A DNA stretch of 63,248 nt, filler included, from an uncultured Methanosarcinales archaeon (GCA_964405295.1; 22 parts of 22 records of this genome joined end to end with filler, not necessarily neighbours in it), one strand, 5' to 3'. Shown: positions 50,921 to 61,717, numbered from the whole stretch's first letter. Notes: a model not told the origin generated them from the sequence alone. Translations and numbers: made by a program.

Positions 50921-52162
50921 TTAGTACTGAGCTTTAATTTGATCAACTAATCTAGCTGCTTCATCAAGAGCTGCCTTTGGAGTTTTTTGTCCAAGGAATG
51001 CCATTGAAACTGCATCCCAGATTACGTCAGTCATTTCAGCAAACCCTTCAATTAATGGCCATGATTTAGCATTGCCAGCAGCTATATTAAGAGCTTGATA
51101 TAAAGGAGATTGGAACTGAGGAAGTTTAGCAGCAGAAATTGTTACAGGTGGGAATCCGATCAATTCGTCAAATTCTGCTTTCCATTCATCACGGTAGAAG
51201 AAGTCAAGAAATAATCCAGCTTCTTTCTTATTCTTTGCTTCTTTAAAGATAGCAATAGAGTCTGTAATTACTAATGGAGTAGAGTTAACCCCTTCAAATC
51301 CTGGAATTTGTGCATATGTAACATCAAAATTTGCGCCAGCTTGAGCAAGTGCTGATTCAACCCACGCACCAATCATTACATAAGCTGCTTCACCTGAGTA
51401 GAACACAGGGTGAGATTCCATTCTTGTTTGTGATAAATAGCCACTTGGGACTGTTTTATCTTTAGCAAGTTGCACCATAAATTCAAGAGCTTTTACACCA
51501 GCTGGGGAGTTAATGGCACATTTGCCATAACTGCCATCAGCGTTAGTTTCAAAGATATCTCCGTCTGCGGCGTAGAGATAATAACCAAAGTCTGTAAGTT
51601 CAGTATGTTTCTTACCAGGCATGATTATCCCGTATTTGCCGGTTCTTTGTTTTACGCTTTTAGCTTCTTGTCTCATCTCTTCCATTGTTGCGGGCACTTT
51701 TTTAGTAAGATCATTATTAATGACTAAGATTCTTGCACCTGCGGCAACTGGAAGACCAATTAATTTACCATCAATAAAAGCTTCTTTGGTACCTTCAAAG
51801 ATATTATCCAAAGTTGCTTGACTGACGTATTTGTCAACAGGTTCGATTGCATCAAGAGAGAGAAGTTCAAGAGCCCAACGAGTACCAATTACTGACAACT
51901 CAGGAGCATTGCCTCCAGCGAGGGATGTGGTGAGTTTATCATACAAGTTGTCCCAAGGGATTGGCACAATGTCGAGTTCAATGTTTGGATATTCAGCCAT
52001 AAACGCATCTTGCAATCTTACTCGGTAATCTTCTGTCAACCCATCATACAAAGCCCAAAACACGGTCACTTTTGGTTTCGCTGCCTCTTGTTGACCAGCT
52101 GCAAAAGTTACCGACGTTGTCACTAGTAGCATTATTGCCACTACCAAAAAAACCTTTTTCAT
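50921..52162 (-). CDS. Sugar ABC transporter substrate-binding protein
   Basis: Signal peptide ending FAAGQQE (spirochaete-style N-terminus), PWDNLYDKL..SLAGGNAPE, and an AAGGAGG RBS. Confidence 0.9.
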   Translation of the reverse strand: MKKVFLVVAIMLLVTTSVTFAAGQQEAAKPKVTVFWALYDGLTEDYRVRLQDAFMAEYPNIELDIVPIPWDNLYDKLTTSLAGGNAPELSVIGTRWALELLSLDAIEPVDKYVSQATLDNIFEGTKEAFIDGKLIGLPVAAGARILVINNDLTKKVPATMEEMRQEAKSVKQRTGKYGIIMPGKKHTELTDFGYYLYAADGDIFETNADGSYGKCAINSPAGVKALEFMVQLAKDKTVPSGYLSQTRMESHPVFYSGEAAYVMIGAWVESALAQAGANFDVTYAQIPGFEGVNSTPLVITDSIAIFKEAKNKKEAGLFLDFFYRDEWKAEFDELIGFPPVTISAAKLPQFQSPLYQALNIAAGNAKSWPLIEGFAEMTDVIWDAVSMAFLGQKTPKAALDEAARLVDQIKAQY

Positions 52163-52807
52163 AGTAATCCTCCTTGTTTGTTACACCAGAACTTATGATT
52201 TACTTAGTGTTAATCATAACTACTGTACTCCTACTGTTTTATTTTATTTCACCCTCTTCCTGAAGTCAAGAATTATCTTTTAAAACTTAAAATAGGACTA
52301 AGCCGGATATGATAATTTCCAATCCATCATCAAATGATTTTTTCCCATATACCTAAAACTATGTTTTAATGGAGTAAGAACAGGGAGAAGATCCCTAAAG
52401 GAGATAAAGAAGAGGAAGCCCTTTGTTTGACAGCATAAAGCTTCCTCTTCAACAATACCTATGAAAACAGTAACACCGGCCCGGCTTAAGTTCAAGAGAG
52501 TTCCCATCCATCCTTGAGACAAGGCAATGGCAAGATGCTGTGTCGCACATGCCTCGGCCCGCTTGAGCTTTCATTCTCGCGGAAGAGAAGCAAGAGATAC
52601 ACAGCAGAAGATGGCCCAGCGATAGAAACGATAATGGTTTCCGTTGGCCGTTGCCTGGAAGATGGCCACTACTCGACAATATTCCCTGACGATATTGTTA
52701 AGTACNNNNNNNNNNNNNNNNNNNNNNNNNNNNNNNNNNNNNNNNNNNNTTAATTAATTAANNNNNNNNNNNNNNNNNNNNNNNNNNNNNNNNNNNNNNN
52801 NNNNNTT

Positions 52808-53269
52808 GCTGAATATAATGCTACTACTATAAAAGAACAGACTAAAATATTTGATAAGTTTATACAAGAAAGCTCTAAAGAAGATGTATTACAAGTAGTT
52901 AAAGGTAATGAGCCACTCCCAGAAGGATTAAAAGGTGCTACACTATTAGTAGGGCTTGAAAACTATGCTATGAAGAAAGGTGATGCTGAATTACTATTAG
53001 AGTTGGCTAGGTCTCCTATAGCTACAGAAACAAGCGAAGCAGGACAAACCCTTAGACTCATTAGAGAAAGAAGACGAGATTCTGTATCTGCTAAAATATA
53101 TAGAATTAAAAGAATGAGAGAAGCTAATGCTAAGAGAAGATTAAAAGAACGAGGTAAATCAGTAACCGAAGTAAAAAAGAGTATTAAGAGAAGTGCTAAA
53201 CAAGCTATTACTAAAGAAAAAATAAGTCTTAGCGAATGGGATAATTTTATTCAAGAAATTAAATGTTAA
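52808..53269 (+). CDS. C-terminus of a phage protein (5' truncated)
   Basis: The frame is open to the contig edge and ends WDNFIQEIKC*. Confidence 0.6.
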   Translation, partial: AEYNATTIKEQTKIFDKFIQESSKEDVLQVVKGNEPLPEGLKGATLLVGLENYAMKKGDAELLLELARSPIATETSEAGQTLRLIRERRRDSVSAKIYRIKRMREANAKRRLKERGKSVTEVKKSIKRSAKQAITKEKISLSEWDNFIQEIKC

Positions 53270-53273
53270 TTAT

Positions 53274-53360
53274 ATGTATGAAAGAATAGAACAAATGAGT
53301 GATATTGATACTTGGATTTTTGTAATAGGTCTAATTATTTTAATAAAGTTAATAAGTTAA
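53274..53360 (+). CDS. Small membrane peptide (28 aa)
   Basis: MYERIEQMSDIDTWIFVIGLIILIKLIS* fills the gap between the two larger genes. Confidence 0.4.
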   Translation: MYERIEQMSDIDTWIFVIGLIILIKLIS

Positions 53361-53364
53361 TTAT

Positions 53365-55323
53365 ATGGCAGTATTATGTTTAACTGACGAAGGAGTCAGA
53401 AAATTAAAAAAAGCTATTAAAGAAGGTAAAATAAATCCTAATAAGTTATTAGCTATGACTTCAGCAGAAAGACGAGCTTTCCTTGCTAAGTTTTTAAGTG
53501 AAGAACAGGCTAAAATAGTTAATGTAGAATTTGAAAAAAAACTTCTATTAAAGAATCAAGAAAAAGGATTAGTTAATTGGGCTAGAACAATTACTGGTTT
53601 AACTACAGAACAAAAACAAGCTGCAAGCCAGAAGATTAAAGATGCTTATGCTGAGAAAAGAAGAAGAAAGTTTAACCCTGCTGAGAATGAATCATTTTTA
53701 AATGAATTAACTGCTGATATTTATGGTAAAAAGTATAATGCTGATGTTACTTTAGAAGAAGCTCAAACTATTACAGAACTAGGACAAGATATGTTTGAAG
53801 CAGAAGCCAAAAGAAATGAAGATTTTACTTGGAATAGTGTCAAAGAAGGATTAGAATTTGGTGCTAAAAAGGTAGCCTATGATAATTATATTGCTGGATT
53901 AGAAAGAATATCTGAAGGAAAAGGTTTTATAATTCCTAAAAAGATAGGAGAAGTTCCTAGAGCAGTAGGTAGAGCTGGTTCTATATCATTCAATTTTATA
54001 GCTGAAAATTCTCGTGCTATTAAGGCTTCAGTTGATAATAGTTTTTGGGGTCGTCAAGGTATTAAGGTTCTTTATACTCATCCTAAATTATGGGCTAAGA
54101 ATTTTGTTACTTCATTTAAAGACATAGGTAAAACTCTCAAAGGTGGAAATGTAGCTGGTGATGCTATTTTAGATGGTGTTAAAGCTGAGATATACTCAAG
54201 AGAAAATTATGCTAAAGGATTATATACTAAAGGAAAATATAAGTTAGATATAGGTATTCAAGAAGAGGAATTTCCTACATCTTTACCTGCTAAGATTCCT
54301 GTATTAGGTAGATTATTTAAAGCTGCCGAAGTATCTTATGAAGCTGGTGCTATGAGATTAAGAGCTGATTTAGCTGATAAATTATATAGTATAGCAGAAA
54401 ACAATAAAGTTGATATGACAAGTAATGAACAAGTAGGTGCTATAAATAGATTAGTTAATTCAATGACTGGTCGTGGTAGTTTACCATTGTCTCCTAAAGT
54501 ACAAAAAATTGTTAATACTGCTTTCTTTTCAATCAAGTTTGCTAAATCTAACTTTGATACATTAACTGGATTTGCTACAGAAAAGACTGCTTTTACTAGA
54601 AAACAGGCTTCAATAAACCTATTAAAGATAGCATCTAGTATAGCTGTAATTTTATTTGTAGCTTCAAGATTAGGTGCTGATGTAGAAGATGATACAACAA
54701 GTTCTGACTTAGGAAAGATTAAAAAACTAAATACTAGATTTGATATTTCTGGTGGTATGTTTCCATATTTAACTCTAATAGCTCGTATAAAATCTAATTC
54801 TATTAAGAGTACTATTACTGGTCTAAAAAAAGAAGGTGTTGGATTTGGTTCTACAAGTGGAACTGATTTATTCTGGAACTTCTTAGAAAATAAATTATCT
54901 CCTATAGGTCAGTTAATTAAAGATATGGTTAATAGAAAGACATTTGATGGAGACAAACCTACTCTTAAAAATGAGTTAGTTAATATGGGAATCCCTATGG
55001 TTTTAGAAGGAGCTTGGACTGCTAAGAAAATTGATGGTATGGGAATGGCTTTGCTATCTTTTATAGCAGATGGTTTAGGATTTTCTGCTAATACTTATGA
55101 GTTCAAAGATAACTGGGATACAAAAACTACTAAAGAAATGACTGAGTTTAAAAAAGAAATAGGACAGAAAAAGTTTGACGAAGCTAATGCTGAATATAAT
55201 GAAAAAGTAAATGAATATCTTAATAGTGGAAAATATAAAAGAATGAATGATGATAAAAAAGTAAGTGAGTTATTAAAGTATAAGAATAGACAGAAAAAAA
55301 TAATCATAAATAAGTATAACTAA
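53365..55323 (+). CDS. Large phage protein (probable internal virion/ejection protein)
   Basis: 652-aa helical protein with ASVDNSFWGRQG, VNSMTGRG, SSDLGKIK and NKLSP, similar in style to C-termini of giant phage virion proteins. Confidence 0.55.
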   Translation: MAVLCLTDEGVRKLKKAIKEGKINPNKLLAMTSAERRAFLAKFLSEEQAKIVNVEFEKKLLLKNQEKGLVNWARTITGLTTEQKQAASQKIKDAYAEKRRRKFNPAENESFLNELTADIYGKKYNADVTLEEAQTITELGQDMFEAEAKRNEDFTWNSVKEGLEFGAKKVAYDNYIAGLERISEGKGFIIPKKIGEVPRAVGRAGSISFNFIAENSRAIKASVDNSFWGRQGIKVLYTHPKLWAKNFVTSFKDIGKTLKGGNVAGDAILDGVKAEIYSRENYAKGLYTKGKYKLDIGIQEEEFPTSLPAKIPVLGRLFKAAEVSYEAGAMRLRADLADKLYSIAENNKVDMTSNEQVGAINRLVNSMTGRGSLPLSPKVQKIVNTAFFSIKFAKSNFDTLTGFATEKTAFTRKQASINLLKIASSIAVILFVASRLGADVEDDTTSSDLGKIKKLNTRFDISGGMFPYLTLIARIKSNSIKSTITGLKKEGVGFGSTSGTDLFWNFLENKLSPIGQLIKDMVNRKTFDGDKPTLKNELVNMGIPMVLEGAWTAKKIDGMGMALLSFIADGLGFSANTYEFKDNWDTKTTKEMTEFKKEIGQKKFDEANAEYNEKVNEYLNSGKYKRMNDDKKVSELLKYKNRQKKIIINKYN

Positions 55324-55476
55324 ACAAGCCTTCCTGCCTATCTTGACAAGAAAACCATTAGGGTGTAAGATTACTANNNNNNNNNNNNNNNNNNNNNNNN
55401 NNNNNNNNNNNNNNNNNNNNTTAATTAATTAANNNNNNNNNNNNNNNNNNNNNNNNNNNNNNNNNNNNNNNNNNNN

Positions 55477-56355
55477 TTAACTTTTACTCTTGTGTATGCG
55501 CCAACTGGTAACGGTGTTACCTCTGAAATCGTCCAGATTGACGTTTGCAAGCGCAGGAATGGCTTTGTAGTCTACCCGCCCTATGGTTGTACTGCGTGTA
55601 TAGCGATAGAGGCCTGAGCATGCGTTTCTGTGGCTTGAACTCTCTTTTAGCATTTCTCCAAGATCTTTTTCTTGATCGGCTATTGCTTTCTTTTGCAATT
55701 TCAGATCATATAATTTTTCAGCAATTTTAAGCCATTCATTTCCTTGCTCAACGAAATCATCATCGGTCAAAGCAGGCTCTTTAAGTGTTTCGACACATTT
55801 CCAAAAAGCATCAAGCTTTTTTTCCATCTTTTTAATATATACTTCATCTCTTGCGACCTTAACAAGGATTCCCTCGTTTTTATGGAAAGAAAAATAATCA
55901 ACAAAATGTAACTCAGTTACCATCGCTTGCATTTGGACTTGAGCATAATATTTTGGAGGGACTTTTCCAGCTCTCGCTAGCTCATGATCTTCTGATTTGC
56001 AGTTTTTTATCTCAACTGCTCGGTCATCTGTAACGTTTAAGCCATCTAATGAAACCATTAAGTGCGGATATTTTGCGTTTTTTACACAAACTGGTTCAAA
56101 TAAATCACCAACCATCTCTTGATATGCTTCTCTTGCAGGCGCTTCCATTACTTTTCCGTAACGTGTCGCGGGATTGTCACAATCCATTTCATCAAGACCC
56201 AGCTTTTCTTGCCACAAAAGATAAGGCGTTTTTATACGCCCATCGTTAGTTTTCCATCTCGATACGCCCATGATAATTCCAGCGTCACTTGCCCCAATAT
56301 GTTCTTTTCTGACCTTAAGCCACTCTGATTCTGTTTCAAATATAATTTTATGCAT
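55477..56355 (-). CDS. YqaJ/lambda-exonuclease family recombination nuclease
   Basis: Motifs WLKVRKEHIGASD, SLDG, VEIK and YYAQVQMQ. Confidence 0.9.
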   Translation of the reverse strand: MHKIIFETESEWLKVRKEHIGASDAGIIMGVSRWKTNDGRIKTPYLLWQEKLGLDEMDCDNPATRYGKVMEAPAREAYQEMVGDLFEPVCVKNAKYPHLMVSLDGLNVTDDRAVEIKNCKSEDHELARAGKVPPKYYAQVQMQAMVTELHFVDYFSFHKNEGILVKVARDEVYIKKMEKKLDAFWKCVETLKEPALTDDDFVEQGNEWLKIAEKLYDLKLQKKAIADQEKDLGEMLKESSSHRNACSGLYRYTRSTTIGRVDYKAIPALANVNLDDFRGNTVTSWRIHKSKS

Positions 56356-56512
56356 GTGATCCCCCCATAAGTGAAAGTTTTTTTAATTCGATTTCGGTCT
56401 TAGCTTTAGTTGCCACGATGCTATATTCATTTGCAAGGTGAAAAGAGCCTAGTAAAAAGACCACAAATAAAACTCCAGTTACTATCCAACATATTAAATC
56501 GTTTTTATGCAT
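56348..56512 (-). CDS. Small membrane protein (54 aa)
   Basis: MHKNDLICWIVTGVLFVVFLLGSFHL... overlaps both neighbours by 8 nt. Confidence 0.55.
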   Translation of the reverse strand: MHKNDLICWIVTGVLFVVFLLGSFHLANEYSIVATKAKTEIELKKLSLMGGSHA

Positions 56513-57335
56513 TTGCTACCTCCAACTCTTTGTTAGAAAATTTAGTTTGCAATGAAGAAACATATTCTTGTACTTTTTCACGAGCAATTTTCACCACTTT
56601 TGAATACATTTCTTTTGGCATTTCCTTAAGCGATAAGATTTCTTTTTTTCTTAAAAATAATTCGATAGTTTTTTTGTAATCTGGAACGACATTGAATAAA
56701 TCCATTAGCGTTTTCACCTCTTCATCTGTTCGTAGGTCTGCAACAACTTCGACTACTGTTTCGCTGTCGTTTTGGGCTTCGCTTTTAATGTCAATATGTT
56801 TTGTTTTAGGCTCTTTAATGCTCGGATCTAAAGATATTTCGCCCTCAACATAGCAATTGCCAATAATATCTGGAAAAAGCTGTCTGGCCAATCTTGAAAG
56901 AGCTCTTGCAAAAAGCATGTCTCTTGTATATGTTTGCCAAGGTCCTCTTGATCCGTAAATTCCTGCTTTTTTCGCATCTTCAATTGAAAAACTTTCTGAC
57001 CACATGTCGTTAGTGTCTGATCTTTTGCCGTGTAAAATACAAATTGTATCGTCTGAGCGTTTATCTCGAGTAACTGAATGTTTTTGAGCTCTAATTAAAG
57101 CGTTCATCATGCGAGATGACATCTCGACCTTGCCCCGTGTATAGTATAGACCACCGCCAAGAGCTAAGCGCGGGTCAATTCCAAGCGATTTAGCAGTTTC
57201 AACAATTGCAAAAACTCCAACCGCTCCAATAGTATCGTAATGCTTTGTTTGCATTAATAGTTTACACATCTCTTGTGTATTTTTTAGTTCAACTAGATAG
57301 TCATTTTTTACTATCTCTTTATCATTATTATTCAT
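56505..57335 (-). CDS. RecT/Bet-like single-strand annealing protein
   Basis: AKSLGIDP..ALGGGLY, FSIEDAKKAG and PWQTYTRDMLFARALSRLARQLFPD, next to the YqaJ nuclease. Confidence 0.8.
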   Translation of the reverse strand: MNNNDKEIVKNDYLVELKNTQEMCKLLMQTKHYDTIGAVGVFAIVETAKSLGIDPRLALGGGLYYTRGKVEMSSRMMNALIRAQKHSVTRDKRSDDTICILHGKRSDTNDMWSESFSIEDAKKAGIYGSRGPWQTYTRDMLFARALSRLARQLFPDIIGNCYVEGEISLDPSIKEPKTKHIDIKSEAQNDSETVVEVVADLRTDEEVKTLMDLFNVVPDYKKTIELFLRKKEILSLKEMPKEMYSKVVKIAREKVQEYVSSLQTKFSNKELEVANA

Positions 57336-57428
57336 AGTGGTTCCCCTCGTTATGAATGTTTATATTAGGTTATCAGGCCTTTTTTTCTTTTAACATTTTC
57401 AGCCTTTAAAATGTTTGTTATTTTAATC

Positions 57429-57731
57429 TTATTTGATCTTGACAATCGCACCCATTAGTTGGTCTTGATCTAAGATTCTTGAAACTTCTTTTTTAAAAGA
57501 GTCGTCATCTAGTGAAATTAATTCAACATGCCCCTTGTCGGTCATTGAATCCATGATCGAATCACAAAAGTAAACCCAAACGTGTTCATCTAGCATGTCA
57601 ACATCATCATAATTATATGAATCAAGGGTTGAAATAGCCTCGTCGTAAATTGAGTCGCTGATTTCAGGGTGCAAGTCATAAAAATCGCTTAATCTATCAA
57701 TTAAAACTTCTTCATTTGTTTGTTTTATCAT
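57429..57731 (-). CDS. Hypothetical acidic phage protein
   Basis: 100-aa ORF with an AAGGTG RBS. Confidence 0.6.
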   Translation of the reverse strand: MIKQTNEEVLIDRLSDFYDLHPEISDSIYDEAISTLDSYNYDDVDMLDEHVWVYFCDSIMDSMTDKGHVELISLDDDSFKKEVSRILDQDQLMGAIVKIK

Positions 57732-58123
57732 TCTTCACCTTCCCTTTCTAAGCTGTTGCCATCTGTCCAGATGTTCCAGAAAAGCTCTACATCGTTTTTG
57801 TCTTCATCATATTTTTTTTCAAGATCTTCATCTGTCATTTCTTCATGTAAAAATCCACCCGATAAATCCTTTATACAATAGGATTCCCATAATTCATATT
57901 TATCTTTGCCATAAAAAAATTCTAAAAAATCATCTACAACTTCTTCACCCGTTGCAAGATCTCCGCTTACTGGGTAGTAATAGCGCTTATCCTTATCTAA
58001 CTCATATTCAAATAAAAAGTCTANNNNNNNNNNNNNNNNNNNNNNNNNNNNNNNNNNNNNNNNNNNNTTAATTAATTAANNNNNNNNNNNNNNNNNNNNN
58101 NNNNNNNNNNNNNNNNNNNNNNN

Positions 58124-59040
58124 GCAGCGTCTGCTGGTTCGTATGCCGACATTTCACTGTCATTTCCAAAGTAGTGAGACCACATTCTCTTAATAGTTTC
58201 ATTACGAGAATTTTCCATTGTAAGATATACTACAACAGGTTTTAATTTCGGATTTCTGGTACTGAATTTATTGTGTTTTACACTCCATAACGCTGAATTA
58301 AGCAAAAATCCACTTTTCCAGCCGCCCGCCAATCCCAAGGCCAAGTACACCCTTGATTTTTCGAACCCGCCGTTAAATGCTTCATTAATATATTGAATCC
58401 CCGTCTTAATCTTTGTTGAAGGGTTTCTATCTTCTTCAATCATAGCGGCAAGTACATTAACAAACTGGTCACTAGCAAGACTGATGTCTTGTTTAGAGTC
58501 CTTAATACTTTCCTTTGCTGACTTTAGATTCTTTGCAAGGCTCGATAAAGAACCCTCGAATGTGTTAATGAAGTCATCAAAATCTTCATAGTTCTCATTC
58601 TCTAAATCCATAAGTAAGTCGGCAATATCTCTACTATCATTACCCAATACACTAAATTTAAGTTGCTGAGTAATTTTCTTATCTAATTCTTTTAATTCAC
58701 TATCATCTAAATCATAGTCAATTAATTCTTTTACAACGTTATTCATTACATCAATTGCATCATTTTCGTATTTCCCACTAAAGTCTAAGAATGCTAGTAT
58801 AGCATCTCTGTTTGTAAGGTCTTTTTCTATAATTGCCGTTGCAATTTTCTTTATGATGTAAACTCTGATTTCACTTTCGAAATCATTTTTATACGATTCT
58901 TCCTTAAACATGTTAAAGAGTCTTAAAACGTTTCCAGCAAAAACTTTATTATGGCTATTACCAAGCATGGCAATAATAATTCGTTCAAGCTGTGCAAAAT
59001 TAAATTTCATGCGTATTTTATCTGTAAAAATTTGCGCCAT
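58124..59040 (-). CDS. DnaB-like replicative helicase of a large phage (3' truncated)
   Basis: IKTGIQYINEAFNGGFEKSRVY, Walker A GLAGGWKS and YLTMEN, after a long divergent N-terminus. GGAGG RBS before ATG 59040. Confidence 0.8.
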
Positions 59041-59041
59041 T

Positions 59042-59521
59042 TTATTCCTCCTCAAATGATTCTGGACAGTATACATAGAGAATTGGAGTTGTTGTCATTT
59101 CCAAATTTCCCCATTCTACTGTTTCAATTAAGAGTATTACATAATCACTAGAATCTATTTTTGAGTTTGCAGATCTATTATCGATGTTTGTAATGTTCTC
59201 TAAGACTTTGTTATCCAAGTCGTAAAGCTTTACAAATTCACTAACAGAATGATCCACATAGCCAAAGTATGTAAACGCTTTTTGAAAAGAACCTGATGAT
59301 GGTTTGCTTAAGAATACATCTATTTCATTTACAATTTGAATATCCGATTCTATTTCATCGATATCTTCTTTAGAATAAATTTCTACTGTTTGTACAAGTT
59401 CATTCTCATCAAATACATCTTGCAGAGCATTTGCGACATCGATTGGTAAATCTATATTGTTTTCATTGAAAAATTTCAATACTACTTCATGTTTTTCATT
59501 CATCGAGCATCTTTCCTTCAT
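59042..59521 (-). CDS. Hypothetical acidic phage protein
   Basis: Tightly packed between the nuclease and helicase genes. Confidence 0.65.
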   Translation of the reverse strand: MKERCSMNEKHEVVLKFFNENNIDLPIDVANALQDVFDENELVQTVEIYSKEDIDEIESDIQIVNEIDVFLSKPSSGSFQKAFTYFGYVDHSVSEFVKLYDLDNKVLENITNIDNRSANSKIDSSDYVILLIETVEWGNLEMTTTPILYVYCPESFEEE

Positions 59522-59531
59522 CTTGTATTTT

Positions 59532-60641
59532 TTATTCTTTGATTATCTCATTTATTTTTTCTAATGTAATTTTTCCATTGTATTCATCTTTGATAAATTT
59601 TTGAATTGTTTTATCAAGTGGAAGTTCACGTTTTAAAATATATCCGTATTTTTCGTAGATTGCAGGTTCTAATGCTTCTTCTTTAAGAAGCTTCTTGCTT
59701 TTTTTAACTACGACTTTTACATTCGGATCTTTTTTAAATACATCTTTGAATATTTTAATTCTATCTTCAGACAAACCAGCAAGATCAATCTTAAGGTTGT
59801 CTGTATCTTTAACATACTCATTTAAAACTATCTGAATATCTTCTAGAGTCAAATCATCTAAATTTTGTCCTTTAAATAATTTTTTCATAGACACTGATGT
59901 ATAGTCAGGTGCATTTTCATTATTAATGTATTCAACTTTCCATTCTTTAGTTTCTGTATCAACTTCATAGTACATGATACCTTTTTCAGATGGATCTCCA
60001 AATCCCCAAGCAGTTAAGCTTCCTGAGTAGTAAACGTTTTTGAAATCTTGTCTCTGATGAATATGCCCACCAAGAGCAAAGCCATTTTTGATTGCATTTT
60101 CCCATTCATCATAATAGAAGACTGGTGCTGAACGCATAATTTCTTTACGTTTTTCATGTTCTAAGTTTGCTATAAATGACACGAAATCCCATGTTCCATG
60201 AAATAGCATAGCATCATAACTTTTCTTTTTGTATTCTTTATAATATTCTTCGCTGCTTTCTGGATATTCTTCAGGAACATACAAAAATTTCACTCCATCG
60301 ATTGTTTCTTCAGTAACGCTTGTCATATATTTAATATCCAACTCAGGTCTTTCGAAATAATGTTGGAATAATGTGACATACTGATTCAAATCGTGTGAGC
60401 GTGTACCAAGAATGATTCTAACTTTGATTTTCTTTTCTTCACAAATTTCCATAAGCTCATCAAAGAATCTGATTGCATAAGCTGTAGCTGGCTCTGTTGC
60501 TGAAAGTTTTCTGTCAAAGTAATCTCCATTGAAATTTAAAATGTCAATATCTCTCTCATTTAACTCTTTTATTATAAGAGGGCATTCTTCTTTGTACATT
60601 CTCTCTGTATATTTGTGGCCGAAATGTAAATCTTGAATTGC
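59532..60641 (-). CDS. SbcD/Mre11-like metallophosphoesterase nuclease (5' truncated by a few codons)
   Basis: Motifs IQDLHFG, NGDYFD, GTRSHD, FHGT, GGHIH and YSGS. Confidence 0.85.
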   Translation of the reverse strand, partial: AIQDLHFGHKYTERMYKEECPLIIKELNERDIDILNFNGDYFDRKLSATEPATAYAIRFFDELMEICEEKKIKVRIILGTRSHDLNQYVTLFQHYFERPELDIKYMTSVTEETIDGVKFLYVPEEYPESSEEYYKEYKKKSYDAMLFHGTWDFVSFIANLEHEKRKEIMRSAPVFYYDEWENAIKNGFALGGHIHQRQDFKNVYYSGSLTAWGFGDPSEKGIMYYEVDTETKEWKVEYINNENAPDYTSVSMKKLFKGQNLDDLTLEDIQIVLNEYVKDTDNLKIDLAGLSEDRIKIFKDVFKKDPNVKVVVKKSKKLLKEEALEPAIYEKYGYILKRELPLDKTIQKFIKDEYNGKITLEKINEIIKE

Positions 60642-60805
60642 NNNNNNNNNNNNNNNNNNNNNNNNNNNNNNNNNNNNNNNNNNNNTTAATTAATTAANNN
60701 NNNNNNNNNNNNNNNNNNNNNNNNNNNNNNNNNNNNNNNNNAAGCAATACAATTTGCTTTGTACAAAACATGTGATGTAAATTGGTCTTATAAAGGGAAA
60801 TAGCT

Positions 60806-61717
60806 ATGAAAATATTATTAACAGGTGGTGCTGGATTTGTAGGAAGCAACATTTATAATGCCCTTAAAGATGAATATGATGTATGGGTGGTGGACAACCT
60901 AACATTCGGTGATAGCAGAAACATTGAAATAAATCCTAAATGGTTAAAGGATAAGATTCCTGTCAGGTTTAAAGCAGATTTTAACGACCTACGTGATTAT
61001 GTGCTAAACTCTTTTGACATTTTGATTCATTGTGCTACTATAAACATAGAATATGCAATGAAAGAGCCTATTGAAACATTTAAGGTAAATGCCCTAAACA
61101 CTATTAAGCTATTTGAGAGGTTTAAAGGTAAAATAATATATACATCTACGGCATCTGTATATGGTAATGCAGCAGAGTTGCCCACTAAAGAATGTGCGCC
61201 TGACAATGTGTCCAATGCCTACGATCAGAGCAAGCTAATAGCAGAGCATTACTTACAGCTAAGGGGTAATTATACCACTCTGAGGCTATCCAATGTCTAT
61301 GGAATTAATCAGCGTCCTGATAAGGATATTGTGGGTGTGGTGGGTAAGTTTGTTGATTCTATACTAAACAATAAGCCTGTCACAATATATGGAGATGGGA
61401 AAGACACACGTGACTACACATATGTTAGTGATGTGGTGAGGGCTGTGGAGATGTGTGTAGAGCAAAAGGCTAAAAACAAGGAATACAATATTAGTGGAGG
61501 TGACGAGCTGTCAATAATGGAGTTGGCTAATAAAATAGCCTATTTAGTTGGGACACCTATTGTGGTGAAGAATGTTAAGAGTAGGAAGATTGACAAAATC
61601 AACAGAAGGCTGTTAGACACTACGTTAGCACAGGAGGAATTGGGGTGGCATCCCCTTATTGGTATTAATAAAGGGTTGGAGAAAACAATATTTTGGCAGA
61701 GAAAGGAATACAGATGA
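60806..61717 (+). CDS. NAD-dependent nucleotide-sugar epimerase/dehydratase
   Basis: TGGAGFVGS, STASVYG, YDQSK (YxxxK) and GDGKDTRDYTYVSD. Confidence 0.92.
   Translation: MKILLTGGAGFVGSNIYNALKDEYDVWVVDNLTFGDSRNIEINPKWLKDKIPVRFKADFNDLRDYVLNSFDILIHCATINIEYAMKEPIETFKVNALNTIKLFERFKGKIIYTSTASVYGNAAELPTKECAPDNVSNAYDQSKLIAEHYLQLRGNYTTLRLSNVYGINQRPDKDIVGVVGKFVDSILNNKPVTIYGDGKDTRDYTYVSDVVRAVEMCVEQKAKNKEYNISGGDELSIMELANKIAYLVGTPIVVKNVKSRKIDKINRRLLDTTLAQEELGWHPLIGINKGLEKTIFWQRKEYR

Noticed and set aside
52298..52705. GC-richer stretch with a hairpin (AAGAGGAAGC/GCTTCCTCTT) and short ORFs upstream of the sugar-binding protein
   Set aside because: Possibly a decayed mobile-element fragment, but no frame gives a recognisable protein, so no call can be supported.
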